From: Chrysomallon squamiferum
Taxonomy: Eukaryota; Animalia; Mollusca
NCBI GenBank assembly: GCA_012295275.1
Contig: CM022667.1
Span: 9,982,001 to 10,046,000 of the forward strand
Reading direction: 5' to 3'
DNA: 64,000 bases
In this document: piece after piece, positions 1 to 13,666 of the stretch
Layout of the letters: each line of letters starts with the position of its first letter
How positions within the stretch are numbered: position 1 is the first letter of the stretch
Translations under genes and position numbers: made by a program
The notes under the pieces: generated by a model
What the model was told of the DNA's origin: nothing
What the model saw: only the letters and a program-made list of their open reading frames with translations
Databases searched by the model: none

Positions 1-255
1 GCTCGAATACCTTTTATCATTAATATCAACCGCACGCTTTTTCTTCCCGTGTTTGAAGCTGACTCGCCGTTTGCGCTGTACATTCGTTATGTCGAAATCT
101 GACGCTTGCCGACTCCCGGCTTCAGCTGTTCTCTCCAGCCTCTGGTCATTTTCCTTGTCCGTTACATTTCACAATCTGGCTGTGAACGTAGAAACGAACT
201 GATAACGACAGAATGAATTTAAAGAAGAAAACAAAATCAACGTGTGCGACTTACG

Positions 256-257
<2 letters not shown>

Positions 258-335
<78 letters not shown>

Positions 336-412
336 GCCTGTCTTTGTTGTTGTTGTTGTTATTATTACTATTATTATTGTTGTTGTTGTTATTGTTGTTG
401 TTGTTGTTATTA
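258..412. repeat. (CT)n followed by (GTT/ATT)n microsatellites
   Basis: Directly visible. Confidence 0.95.
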
Positions 413-1204
413 CTCGTGATGCACAAAATCACAAAATCAGGACTCCTTAAGGTGTAATAAATAGTACGGACTTGAGCTTAACTCTTTCTGTGAAAATAGC
501 TCAGTGTATACTAATGCAGTTCATACAGCAAGATACACTCTCCTTTAGCTGACCCAGCCAGTAATTTCATGATTTCAATAAAAAAAAATACGTGATTTAC
601 TCTGTTCTGCTATTGTTATATGTAACACATCATTTCGCATTCTGTCACAGACGCATTGGCTGTGATACTGTATAATTAGTCCCAGAAAGGCGTGCTTGAA
701 TCCTTTGTAATCTTCTCTTGTTTTTACGTAAGAATATGTAAGATCAGTCAGTCTTGGTCCTAAAGGGATGGTTATCCAGAAACTCTTATTCTAGATGTGA
801 AAAGATTTGAGGAGGACTTGATATTCGATCTTACAGACCACAGCTTAATGTACATAATACTAAACAATCAAAGCGACTCATTGTCGAGAATGTTCATCTC
901 CAGTTTGAACAAGTTTTATGGCATTCGATCCCAAAAGCCACCAAACAGCAGATCTAATACCACAAGCAAACGTAACATTGTCCTTGAACAGATTCTAAAA
1001 GGGAAAATATTTGTGTCTATCTGCAAGTTTGACATCACAACAGACACACAATTATCCCGGATTATTGTAGGATTAAAACAGAATTAAGTTGTCAGAGGAT
1101 GGATTAACCCTTACGCAAAATTGTTATCGAGAATGTCGTGGTAGAGACGGACCGATGGGAAAGCCAGACTGTCGACTGATGTTTGATGTTGATAACTGAA
1201 AATG

Positions 1205-1680
1205 TAACACTGATAAAGAAGTATTTGATATATATGCGTTTGGCCTGGTATGTGTGTAACATAATATTGATAAAGACTATGTAATATGTACGAGTATGAC
1301 CTGGTACGTGTGTAACGTAATATTGATAAAGACTATGTAATATGTACGAGTATGACCTGGTACGTGTGTAACGTAATATTGATAAAGACTATGTAATATG
1401 TACGAGTATGACCTGGTACGTGTGTAACGTAATATTGATAAAGACTATGTAATATGTACGAGTATGACCTGGTACGTGTGTAACGTAATATTGATAAAGA
1501 CTATGTAATATGTACGAGTATGACCTGGTACATGTGTAACGTAATACTGATAAAGAGTATGTAATAAATACAAATATGACCTGGTGTGGGTTTTAATGCT
1601 TAATACTGATAAAGAGTATTTAATATATATATATATACATATGATCTGGTTTGTGTATAACGTAATATTGATTAAGAGTG
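1205..1680. repeat. 56-bp minisatellite, about 7-8 copies, homogeneous centre and degenerate ends
   Basis: Unit tgacctggtacgtgtgtaacgtaatattgataaagactatgtaatatgtacgagta repeated near-identically at about 1297-1520. Confidence 0.92.
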
Positions 1681-3079
1681 TGTAGAATGTACACTTTATC
1701 TTTCACGTGTGTTATCATTTTTATATTTTGTCATGTTTTGACGGTGCTATTCTGTATTTTAAATTTTATGAAATATTGTTTTCCCTGTTGATATAATTTT
1801 CCATTTCCTTTCGTATTATATTCAAATTTATTTTATTTTATTTTTGTTCGTGTATTCAAATGAAAGAAGTGCGGAATTGTTGTTAGATTTTTACCCAAAG
1901 ATTAAAACAAAAATTAAAAAGAAAATTGAAATGTAAGAAAATCGATTTCAGTTAATTTAATAATATAATGTAGCGTACATCATTTGATAAGTCAAATACT
2001 TTTAAAATGAAACACAAATTATTATTTCATAATGTTGTATAAATCATATCTGTATGACCCTATTTTAAAACAACTAAATTATTATAATTTATCACATATT
2101 TATTATAAAACAACATTAATTATTATAACTATTGCTGCGTATTATTATAATGAGGCTCAAATGACGCAATATAATATTTTCAAAAAATGACGTTTTATAT
2201 ATATTTTTTATAGTGAGATGATATATTAAATAAGGTTGATGAACGGGTACAATAAATATTTTTCCATTGCTTTAATATTTGTCTGCGGTTTTATCAAGAT
2301 GAGCTTTACACAAAGCAACGGGGCGTTAGTCTCTGTTTGAAACAACCATGAAAAGAAAATTAATACGGAGAAGTGTCTTCCGTTTACAGACACGTTCCAG
2401 CTAAATCCCTTCATCTCATGTGCATACATATTTGTTCAAAAGATCGCCCGTGCAAAACGGAGCTAGCATTTCCCATGTAAACAAAACGACAATAATTCAA
2501 ATCGTCGGGTTAGAAAAAAAAAAAAAAAAAAAAAAAAAAAATTATTGTGTCTCCATCATTCCTCCAGGTTGTTTAAACCGGATGTGCAGGTGTGTGTCGG
2601 ACGCGCTAATTGGCTGCCTCGTTTTCGAAGACAATTACTGTGTCAACAGTCTATTGGTTGTTCTATTCGTCGCTGCTTCGCGAATTCAAACGCGTTTATT
2701 GGGAGAGTAACTAAGAACACACAGACACACACACACTCTCTCTCACATACAACGAATGAAGAAATGTGTTTGTCTGCATCATTAGCAAACTGGACCCAGG
2801 TGTTGAAATAACAGTGCAAATTGTGACAGCTCCGCGATTCCACTGCTTAAACTCAAAACGAGGCTGTTTCTTGTCACCGCAGCTGTCTAAACGAAGCACG
2901 AAGGATTTGTAGCATTAAAGCACGGTGTAATGACACCACACAGGTTTAATTGGGTTGTTAACTAGTCGTCCGAAAGCGCTCGTGTCCCTTACTCTAATCT
3001 TGAGTTAATTAGTGAGCTGTTTCGTGGTGTGAAAATAGATTAAGAAATATATGCAGCATCGTGTTTAATTGTGTTTAAT

Positions 3080-3530
<451 letters not shown>

Positions 3531-3947
3531 CTCAGCTCACACACACAGGATATTGATATTTAATTTCAAGATCGCCTTTCACAGACTGACACTCAGACAC
3601 CCTGCTACAATGAATTATTCAGAAAAATCACCAGCGGTCTGCCAGATCACTCGTACGAGACGCTGGGCCGACCTCTGCCTAGCCTGGGACACAATTCAAA
3701 CTTTGTGTTGCAAGTCATAAGATCATGACATCGACTCTCCCCGGCGATATTACAATCGATCGCGTCGTGAGAGAAATTAAACGGGCCATTTAGAGGCGAA
3801 GGAAAACAACGCTAAATACCAACGTCGTCTTAAATATCTCGTGTCAGATGGAGGAATTCGATCGTGGCGAATTGAAACGATGCATCAAAGAGATGTGACG
3901 TGATTACTTCTCACTGAAAGTTTAACCTACTTGCAATATTATATAGT

Positions 3948-4098
<151 letters not shown>

Positions 4099-4558
4099 TC
4101 TGAGTAAAATTATGAAGCAAAAACGATTCACCTGTTTCCTTAATAATTTTTTTTTGTTATTTCATTTATTCTTTTAGAAAATGCATAGCATTATGCTATT
4201 CATGTGTTTATTAATAACACTTTTCATTGTGTTCATCTATACGTGATTTACAGATAAAAAGGGTAAGGGTTTTTTTTTTTTTTTCCTTCAGTATACTATT
4301 CATGTAAACATAATTTTCCCTGTTTATACTGAGACAAAAACAGAAAACTCGTACCATTTCTGAAAACACCTGCAGTAAAATCTGCATTACGTAACACCAG
4401 AAAATATATTATAATAAATTAGCATACCAGTAAACAATGACGTAATAATACTTAATAATGCTAATGACGTAATAATACGTCGTCGCAGTGATCTGTTATG
4501 ACGTCACCTACACTTTAGTTATTCAAAATAATCATGCTCGTTGTCATTCTGTTTTCAG

Positions 4559-5341
4559 ACGGAAGGTTGCGGCGTCTGTGCCAGAGTTGCCAACTCCAAC
4601 GACTATTACCCACCAGAACTGCGCACGCATCACGGAAGCATCATGACGCTGCAAGGCGAGTGGGTGAGCACGCGCTGTGAGTCTCGACAACGCGGGATGT
4701 TCCTAACGAGGTGGCTGTCCTTCCTGTCGGACGACAAATCGTGGCAGGGGCGATACGACTACTACCAGGACGCCTTGTGCACGGAGCCGAGCTTCACCCT
4801 CTTCGCCAAAGGCAGCTACGCCGGAGGCAAGCCGTCGACGAAGATCCCCAACGCCAAGGACTACAGCTTCAAGGTGACCAGACTGAAGGTCACTCCGAAG
4901 GACGCCAGGGTCACCGAGCATCTGAACTACTACAACGGAGGCGAGTGCGGGAGAGCGAAGGCGTGGCGGATCGGGGTCGAGCAGGACGTGACGTTCACGA
5001 ACGGGTGCGTAACCCTGGGCATCCAGCTACCCAACATCGAACAGGAGGTGCTGAAGATGGAGGTGGTGCACCGGAGGTTGCACCTCTACGTGGGCGAGCG
5101 TTTCACGGACGAGCCCGTGAGGCGGTTCCGGGACAAGCGACCCACTTCGTTCCAGGAGCCCCTCGTCAAGTGCGATTCCGTCACCACGGGAATGCACATT
5201 AACTCCGTGTACGGCGGGCTGGCGCTCCCGCTAATGGCACCGCCGGAATATAAGTCGTCGTCGTCGTCGTCGGTGATGTTGTCGTTGTCGTTGTTGTTGG
5301 TGTTGGTGTGTTTGTGCGTGACGGTCGTTAGTGAAAGATGA
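4559..5341 (+). CDS. APCDD1: APCDD1-like protein (membrane-anchored Wnt inhibitor family), terminal coding exon; upstream exons not identified in window
   Basis: Acceptor tttcag|ACG at 4558/4559 (phase 0), then a GC-rich open frame to TGA at 5339-5341. Motifs L.GEWVSTRCESR, FLTR.L.F, W.G.Y.YY.D..C..PSFTL.A.G.Y, C.TLGI.LP and RPTSFQ.PL match the second APCDD1 repeat as I recall the family. Hydrophobic C-terminal tail. AATAAA at about 5475 and 5550. Confidence 0.88.
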   Translation, partial: TEGCGVCARVANSNDYYPPELRTHHGSIMTLQGEWVSTRCESRQRGMFLTRWLSFLSDDKSWQGRYDYYQDALCTEPSFTLFAKGSYAGGKPSTKIPNAKDYSFKVTRLKVTPKDARVTEHLNYYNGGECGRAKAWRIGVEQDVTFTNGCVTLGIQLPNIEQEVLKMEVVHRRLHLYVGERFTDEPVRRFRDKRPTSFQEPLVKCDSVTTGMHINSVYGGLALPLMAPPEYKSSSSSSVMLSLSLLLVLVCLCVTVVSER

Positions 5342-5783
5342 AACCGTGCAACGACGTTGTTTGTAAGAGACGTTAATTCCATTTTTCTGGGACGTTTTGA
5401 AGACGTACGATGAAATGTTTTTGTGTTGCAGTTTTTTTTCTCGATTTGACGAAAATATCGACGACATCAACAACAATAAAAATTATCACGTTTTGATGTT
5501 TTGTTATCTAGAGACCGAATTAATTGACAATGAATCGAAATATTCAGGGAATAAAGTCTATGTTATTGACTCTGTTAAGAAACATTATGAAAATGTATTA
5601 TCATTATAAAGATAAAAAAAAAAAAAAATCAAAAATATTATTTTTTAGATTTATTTAATTTATTTTAATTTATATACATGTTGGTTTTTTTTTCTCTTTT
5701 ATAATTTTTCATCATCCATTTTTTGAAATTCATTTATCATTTTTTATTTCTACGATTATTGCAACGTTTATTGTTATTATTAC

Positions 5784-5844
<61 letters not shown>

Positions 5845-6115
5845 TCCCTTATTATTACTATTGCAGTGCAGCATTCATGTATTATATATAATTTAAATTA
5901 TGTATATTGATAAATGTTTTCAAATGTACAAAATTCTGTATTAAATATATATATATGTTTTGATAAATTCAAATTATTTGTAAAAATGTAAAACAAAAGA
6001 AACACACAACAGCTATGGTTCTTATTTCTAACTGATTATAAATGACTTGGACAAGTTAAATGAAATTAATTATTATTTATTCAAATAATGAAACGAAGTA
6101 CTGACACACAAACAT

Positions 6116-6152
<37 letters not shown>

Positions 6153-6310
6153 ACACTTATCCGGAGAATTTTTCCTAAGAAATGGAAATTGCTTTTTTAA
6201 ATAAACGGTCATAAAATTATATTTAGCGTGAACTTTGACCTCACCTGACTTGACCTACGACCTTTGGTCAAAGTATATTTCTATTTAGTTTATTAACCTT
6301 TTTATTAAAA

Positions 6311-6342
<32 letters not shown>

Positions 6343-7207
6343 AGATTACACCGTAAACAAAATTGCACGAAAGGAACTAAAGCTTATGCAGAAAAATTTC
6401 AGTTACGGGATAAAGTTACGATCAAGATATCAAATAAGAGGAATTTTATTTTTATTTTTCAGTTCTTTAGGATTCATCCCAAATGTGTTGAATATTAAAA
6501 AACAAAAAAAAAAAAAAAAGATTGTTTCGGTTACCAGTCATTTAGAAATCAAAGAACAAAATCAATCAATTTTTGTATTTTACATTTTCTGAAGTATCTT
6601 TAATGAATGAATGAAAAAAAAAAAATAAAAAAATAAATACAAATCTTTAACTAAATTAAATAATAAATCAATAAATATATGTATAAATAAATAAAAAAAC
6701 ACAGAAATAAATATATCAATAAAAAAAAAAAAAAGTTTAAATAAATAAACAAACATAAATAAATAAATTACTTTAAATAACTAAATAAATAAAAGGCTTA
6801 AATAAATCCACAAAGAAAGAAACAAACAAAAAAAAAATAAACAAAATACTTCAGGTATCAAGTGCAACAAAACGGGTAACAGTTACAAATATCAAACAGC
6901 GCCAAGACACAAAAATAAAAACAAAAACAAGTCTATTAATTTACCCCCAGCATCATTCCATTTACCTACGTTATAAAACATGAACCAAGCACGCAGTGCG
7001 TGGTACTTTACCTTCATTAAGAATCATAATTATCTTTGTCAAAAGACATCCGAAAATATTCGTAGACATTTTAATCGGACGATAGCGATAGTGTTTGGTT
7101 AGTGAATTAGCAAGATAGTGAAAGAAATGTTACTGTTAATTATCTTCCAGTTTTACAAGGAGTCGATTGTAAGATGCGATCTCGCTAGCTATTAATTAAC
7201 TAGCACA

Positions 7208-7243
<36 letters not shown>

Positions 7244-7405
7244 TTACTTTAATTTGACAAAATGATCATTTTGATATTTTATTTTTTTAAATTGATAATT
7301 ATTATTATAAATATCTTTTGTTGTTGTTACAATTATTATTATTGCTATTACTATTAGTAGTATTAGTATTAGTATTATAACTATAATTATAATTATTATT
7401 ATTAT

Positions 7406-7456
<51 letters not shown>

Positions 7457-8384
7457 CATTATTATTTATTTTAGCACAGAATTTGACAAAATGATCAGTG
7501 CCTTTTTGATTAATTTTAAAAATCTTTTTAAATTGAAAACCCAAATTACGTACATTATAAATAAATTTAGTTGTTGTAGATAAATATATTATTAGATAAA
7601 GAAACCTACACTACATTACTATTAGTAGTATTTAGTATTACGTAGTGTTTATTCTGATAGTATGATAATTATTTATTATCATCTATCGATTAAAACTTTA
7701 TATCTTATTATTTACAATTATTATTCGTTTGTAATGATTATTATTACTATATTTCGTTATTTGTAACAGAAATAATGCTTCATTAATATTAACTTATTCC
7801 AACCATACTTTTTAATCTTCCACAAAAAAGTTCATTTATCATTAAAATCGAAATGACTTCATATGTTATAAATATTCATAAACATTATTTATCGAAAAAT
7901 ACCTAAGTATTTTCTGTAGATAAACTTTATTCTGCTTAATTGAAATAAATATTAGAAATACGCTACAGCTGTTTTTTTTATAATAATATATATATGTATT
8001 ACTTCATTTAAAATAACGTGTTTAATTTATATGTTACAGTATATACTGAATATTGTAATGATCTACGTTTGATTGTCTGTTGCCAATCTTGAAGTATTTT
8101 ATCTTGAAGAACAAAGGATAACATACTAAAGTTTGTCAAATGTTTATGTTAAAATATGTTGTAGTATGATGTAAGTGTACATTTATGTTATAATATATTT
8201 AGTTTTTTCTTTAAGAAAAGTACAGTTGATTGTGTTTTGAAATTGTAGTTATTCAAAATTTGTATGCAAGACACATTTGCATATATGTATACCTAAACAT
8301 GCATACCTACAAAAATACATGTATATACATACATAGACATACTTATAGTACTTACATGCAAACATGTGTGTGTATGTATGTATG

Positions 8385-8430
<46 letters not shown>

Positions 8431-8842
8431 TACATACACATATGTATTATACACAGACATACAGACATACACACGTTTTTTTTTTTTTTTTTTTTTTTTT
8501 AAAGAATATAATGGAACAGTGGTGTTCATTATAATTTCCAAGGCCATTAAGAAAACCGTTTCAATATTGTTAAAATGTGTCTGTAATTTCACAAATACAA
8601 TAAACATTTGTTTGTACGTAAAAATATCAGTTGTAAACATGTGTTGTCAAATAAAAACATTCTAAACATTCTCGTATACGTGTTTGTTGTTTTTCTTCTT
8701 TTTTTATGTTTGTTGTTTCTGGTGACAGTGACTTCGTAGTTGCTGCTTGTGTTGTTGGTGTTGGTGTTTCTAAAGCCGATGCTGTCTTTTTTATTCTCTA
8801 AAACCATTCAGATAAAAGAAATGAAAATACAAAAATGCCACA

Positions 8843-8942
8843 GCTACTACTACTACTACTACTACTAGAACTAAAGTAATAAGAACACTGGCAGCATGTA
8901 GTACTTCAACCACTACAACAACTACTGGTAGGATTCCTACTA

Positions 8943-8974
<32 letters not shown>

Positions 8975-9075
8975 GAACTACAGTAATAACAACAATAGCA
9001 ACATGCAGTACTTCAACCACTACAACCACTACTAGTAGTATTCATATTACATCTTCTACGACTACTACTACTCTA
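8843..9075. repeat. About 105-bp degenerate tandem duplication built on (CTA)n
   Basis: actagaact.agtaataa.aaca....gca.catg.agtacttcaaccactacaac occurs twice. Confidence 0.8.
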
Positions 9076-10837
9076 AATATTTTGAAAATATTTTCATTTT
9101 ATATAACTTTAGGTATATAACTTTCAAGATATAATAATAATAATTATAATAAAATAATCTAGTATTTATTTTTAGGATACTTTTTAAGACCCCTTTTCTT
9201 TTTCCTTCTTTTCATTTCATATTGTAGTTAAAAGCTTCACATTGTAAGTCATTATCCTGTTTTGTTCTCAGTTTCCTTTTTTAACGGCTTTGAAATTTTG
9301 GCTTTTACCGTTAGATCCAAAAAAAACGCAGACGAAAGGAAAAGGATCGGGCCAGTCCGGAAGAATTCGGACGAGAGAATGAAAGACAAGACATAGATGA
9401 AAGAGAAGGATCAAAAAAAAAAAAAAAAAAAAAAAAAAAACACAAAAAAAAACATGAAAGAAAAAAAAATGGCGACATTATAGAAAAACGTTTAGCACGG
9501 ACTATGTTCTCGTTTTACAAAAAAAAAAAAAGAAGCGATTTGCACCTCTCGGTCTACAAGAAGCCTGAACGTCTCGTGGGATTTACATAAACGTGTGCAC
9601 GAGATGAAAACAGACGCAATTAAAATAGGTAGACGTCGCACGATCAAAGATGTCCGAGCAATTATCCGGCGATTGAGTTTCTCCACGTCAAACAGAGACT
9701 CTGGCCGCAGTTTGCACAGGAAACCAACGCCGTCGTGTTCAAATACTGGTTTAATAAAAAGCTTTAGTCAACAACAGCCAGCACTGCTTCGCGTTTTTTT
9801 TATTTACGCACCAGAACGTGATGGTCTTCAAGCTAAGACGTAATTTTTTCTTCTTATTCTTTTTTTTTTTTTTCGTATATGAATACTCAAGATCTGCTTA
9901 TAAATGAGCGCGCACGAAGCTACGCCTGATGAAAATACGACTGAGTCAATAAAAAGAAGTGAACTTGGAAATCCTACAAAATGCAAGGAGAAATCCCTCT
10001 CTCCGTCGGCGACGATGTTGTCAACATTGACGACGTTGTTTGTATTCTGATCGCGTCGGGTTAGGCAAGGGGCGCCACGTTTTACGCGACCGAAGCGAAT
10101 CTGATTGTTAACTGCAGCAATTTCACGGTTTTTGTCGAATGTCTTTTGCGACGTGCGGAAAATAATTAATTTTATTTTATTTTTGTCGACCGTTAAAATG
10201 TATGACACAGTCCAAGTTTACTGACAAACCTACCAGCCAACACTTGTCTGAATAAATATTACGAAGTGGTTTTTATTCGGAGAGATTTTTTTTTTTTAAG
10301 TTTTGAATTTCAGAGGATATCTTTAAAAAAAAAAAAAAAAAAGAGGATTTTTGTGCAAAAAAATTAAACCGTAAAAAGTAAATAAATAAATAGATCAAAA
10401 AAGTTTCTTGAGATACACACCTTTAAGCTAGTAGGTAATACGCAACTAACTGTTAAAAACAATCTAATGAGAAATGAACACTTTTGTTTTCTGTAGTTGT
10501 TACAGTCTTATTTGTCGTCGCCGTTGTTATACCAAAAATTATTTTCATATATTTTTTTAAATCATTTTTAATACTTGTGTATTTCACTAAAAAAAAATAC
10601 AGTATTAGATTGTTAATGTTACAAGTTATTATTTTACTGTTTATGGGCCACCCGTCATTGTTTGTAACAAAGTATGACGATAAATTAATACAGTTTACCA
10701 AAACTTGAATTCCGTCATTACACTTCTTCATCTTTTTACAGCGTACATCTAATAGCTGTTTTTGTTTTGTTTGTTTGTTTTTGTTTTTCTGACAAAAAAA
10801 AAAAAAGAAGAACAAAATAGAGAAAATTAGCACTCGA

Positions 10838-10867
10838 TGACGTCATTACTATATAAAAAATGGCGGC
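10838..10867 (+). promoter_or_regulatory. CRE, TATA-like and YY1-like motif cluster
   Basis: TGACGTCA (10838), TATATAAA (10850) and AAAATGGCGGC (10857) within 30 bp; no gene assigned. Confidence 0.3.
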
Positions 10868-10927
10868 GCTCAGCTAATTTTTTTAATTTTATATCTACAC
10901 TTTTCTGTTATTATACTTCGATATTAT

Positions 10928-10975
<48 letters not shown>

Positions 10976-11818
10976 TAGAAAAAATAATAATAAACGAAAA
11001 AAAGAAAAATCGCTATAACATGTCTATTATGTTTTCAACTGTTTTTCACAAACACTGCATGGAAGACATCAACGTGTCTGTGTGTTATAATGTTGTTTAC
11101 ACACCAATTGTTTCACACGACCCCGTACTGCTTTCCCAGTTCCTAATGGAAAACATCACAGGTCAAGTGCTGCCATCTGTCGGGTTTGCATCGATACATT
11201 TAGAGTTGTCTCGCTTGGTGATATCCTGTACAGTTGATAGTTGTCATATAAATAATTTCTAGCATTAAATTTTGGATTAAATCGTTGTGGGGGAAAGAAG
11301 CAGTTTCTCTTACATAAAGGTGACGATTTTCAACAAAAGGTACTCAAAATCGTTTCTATACGTTTTATGAGCGTTGTTGTTATTTTGTGTAGCCTAATTT
11401 TTAGACTGGTATTACACCAGCTTCTTCGATAATTACTTTTAAGAAGTCCGTCATGATTTCGAAAGGACAGTTCAAAAAGTTATGTTATGAAATATATATT
11501 GTTAAATGTGTTGTTTAATGTTGTTAAATATTTCCATAAATGCTGTAACATCTATGATTTAAATATGTGATTTCAGTGGAAGGACTACATCAGTAATGTT
11601 ACCAGGATACGTAAATTTAAAATGCAGTAATTTCATTTTGTCGAATTATTCAGCACGCTGACATATATCATTAAGAAGCCATTATGTAAACGAAAAAAAA
11701 ATCGCTTCACATACCTTTTAAAGAAGCAGGTCACATTAGATTATCATTACTATTCTCTTTTTCTGTAGAAGTTTTGTTACTGCACTGGAAACGAATTTCG
11801 TTTTACATATAAAAAAAC

Positions 11819-11907
<89 letters not shown>

Positions 11908-12673
11908 CTCTTTTTCTTATAAATAACAATTCGATCGTATTCGCCATTTTCTTCCTCTGAAGTTTATTAAAAGCCGATATTGCATCCGGTTATATTCGCA
12001 CGGAGAAAAGACATTTATGAAATCTATACCATTTATTTTCTCTTTAAATAAACGACGTTATAATGGACTTCCACATTCCCGTTTTGTCTTTGTTCTAAAA
12101 AGAGCAACAGTTTCTTTGAAACACCGTTATCGGAATTGCGACCATATGAAGAGAATTTTTCTTACACATTTTATGTTGATACTACGTGTTTTCGACCGCA
12201 GCCCCTTTGTCGTTACCCAAAAGCACCGATGTTTGTAAATAGTCCATTGTTAACATATATTTCTTTGATTTATTTATATGACGCTATTGTGTTTTTTTCC
12301 ATTCGTCATATTTCATTTTGTTTTTTATTTGTTTATGCGCTGTAATATTATTGCTTGTATTATACAGGGTTGGTTTAATTTAACATCAAATGAAAGATAC
12401 TTTAACAGAATGCACATGTGAGTAAAAATACATTTCATGCGCAGAGAAAGTGAATTAAATATAGGGGATGGGTTGTGTTGTTGTAAACTTAAATATTTCA
12501 TCATTTATTTACATTATTTTCGCTAAGGAAATTATGCTGTACATGTGTTTACGCTGAATCCATTAATTATCATAATTTATTACAGCCTTCTAAAAAAAAT
12601 AAAAAATAAATAAATTAAAAAAAATAAACAAAACAAACTCTCCCTTTTCCGCTTCAGTTAAGACAGGCCGACA

Positions 12674-12713
12674 ATCCTCGAATGCACACGAACATTCTCG
12701 AATAATCAGAAAC
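12674..12713. promoter_or_regulatory. Heat-shock-element-like array
   Basis: aTCCt cGAAt gCACa cGAAc aTTCt cGAAt aATCa gAAAc: a perfect nGAAn-nTTCn-nGAAn core at 12689-12703 with in-phase degenerate pentamers on both sides. Confidence 0.5.
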
Positions 12714-13520
12714 GGATGAAATATACTAAATGGTCGCAAACGAGCGAATACAAATATAAACATTGCATCTCAGATGGATTATATCGTTACGACTTCATTA
12801 AAAACACTTAACAAGATCACTCCCCGAAAAATATATTTTCCGTTTTCATAAATATCCGACTTCAGTAGAGTGTTTACGACATTGCTGACTGCGTTGACGT
12901 TTAGAAACAAAGAGGCAGTATTGAACGATACGGAATAGTCGATTGTGAGGTTTATAATGAACTGATAGTTGACTGATACTGAAAATGTTGTTGATTTATT
13001 GATTTTAAAATTGAAATATGATGCAGATGTCGATGGTGCTGAATCGGATTTATTTATAATATATAACTATTACGTTCACGCGGACGATAACTCATTAAGG
13101 TCTAAAGAGTTATTTCCCTTGTTGCTTTTTGTTAAAGATGTATTTTATTAAAATTTTACATAACGAAAAGTTGGTGTTAATTTTTAATAAATATAATTTT
13201 AATAAACGTAATTAAATCATTTACAAGTTTGATCAGAAATAAACAACAACAGCAGCAATAATATAATATTATTGTTATTATTATTATTGTTGTTGTTGTT
13301 GTTGTTATCGATGATATTATTATTATTATCACTACTACTACTACTATTAGTACTGGTACGACTATAACTATTATATTATTGCTGTTGTTATTTGTATTCA
13401 TAGGTGTAGTAGTAGTAGTATCAGCAACATTAGCAACAGTAATAACAATAGCTTCAGCAACAGTAGCTGTAGTGGTAGTAATAGTAGCAGTAGTAGTAGT
13501 AGGAGGAGGAGGAGGAGTTA

Positions 13521-13567
<47 letters not shown>

Positions 13568-13666
13568 ATAATAGTAATGTTGTAATAATAGTTGTTACAG
13601 TAGTCGTGTTGTAATTTCTCAACCACTGGATACAAATCTGTAACAAAAAAAAAAAAAAAGTCTATT

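Noticed and set aside
1205-1680. Regularly spaced repeats that could be read as a CRISPR array
   Set aside because: Head-to-tail 56-bp units with no unique spacers, no cas genes, and a eukaryotic context.
4703-5382. Overlapping alternative-frame and antisense ORFs within the APCDD1 exon
   Set aside because: Expected by-product of high GC at third codon positions.
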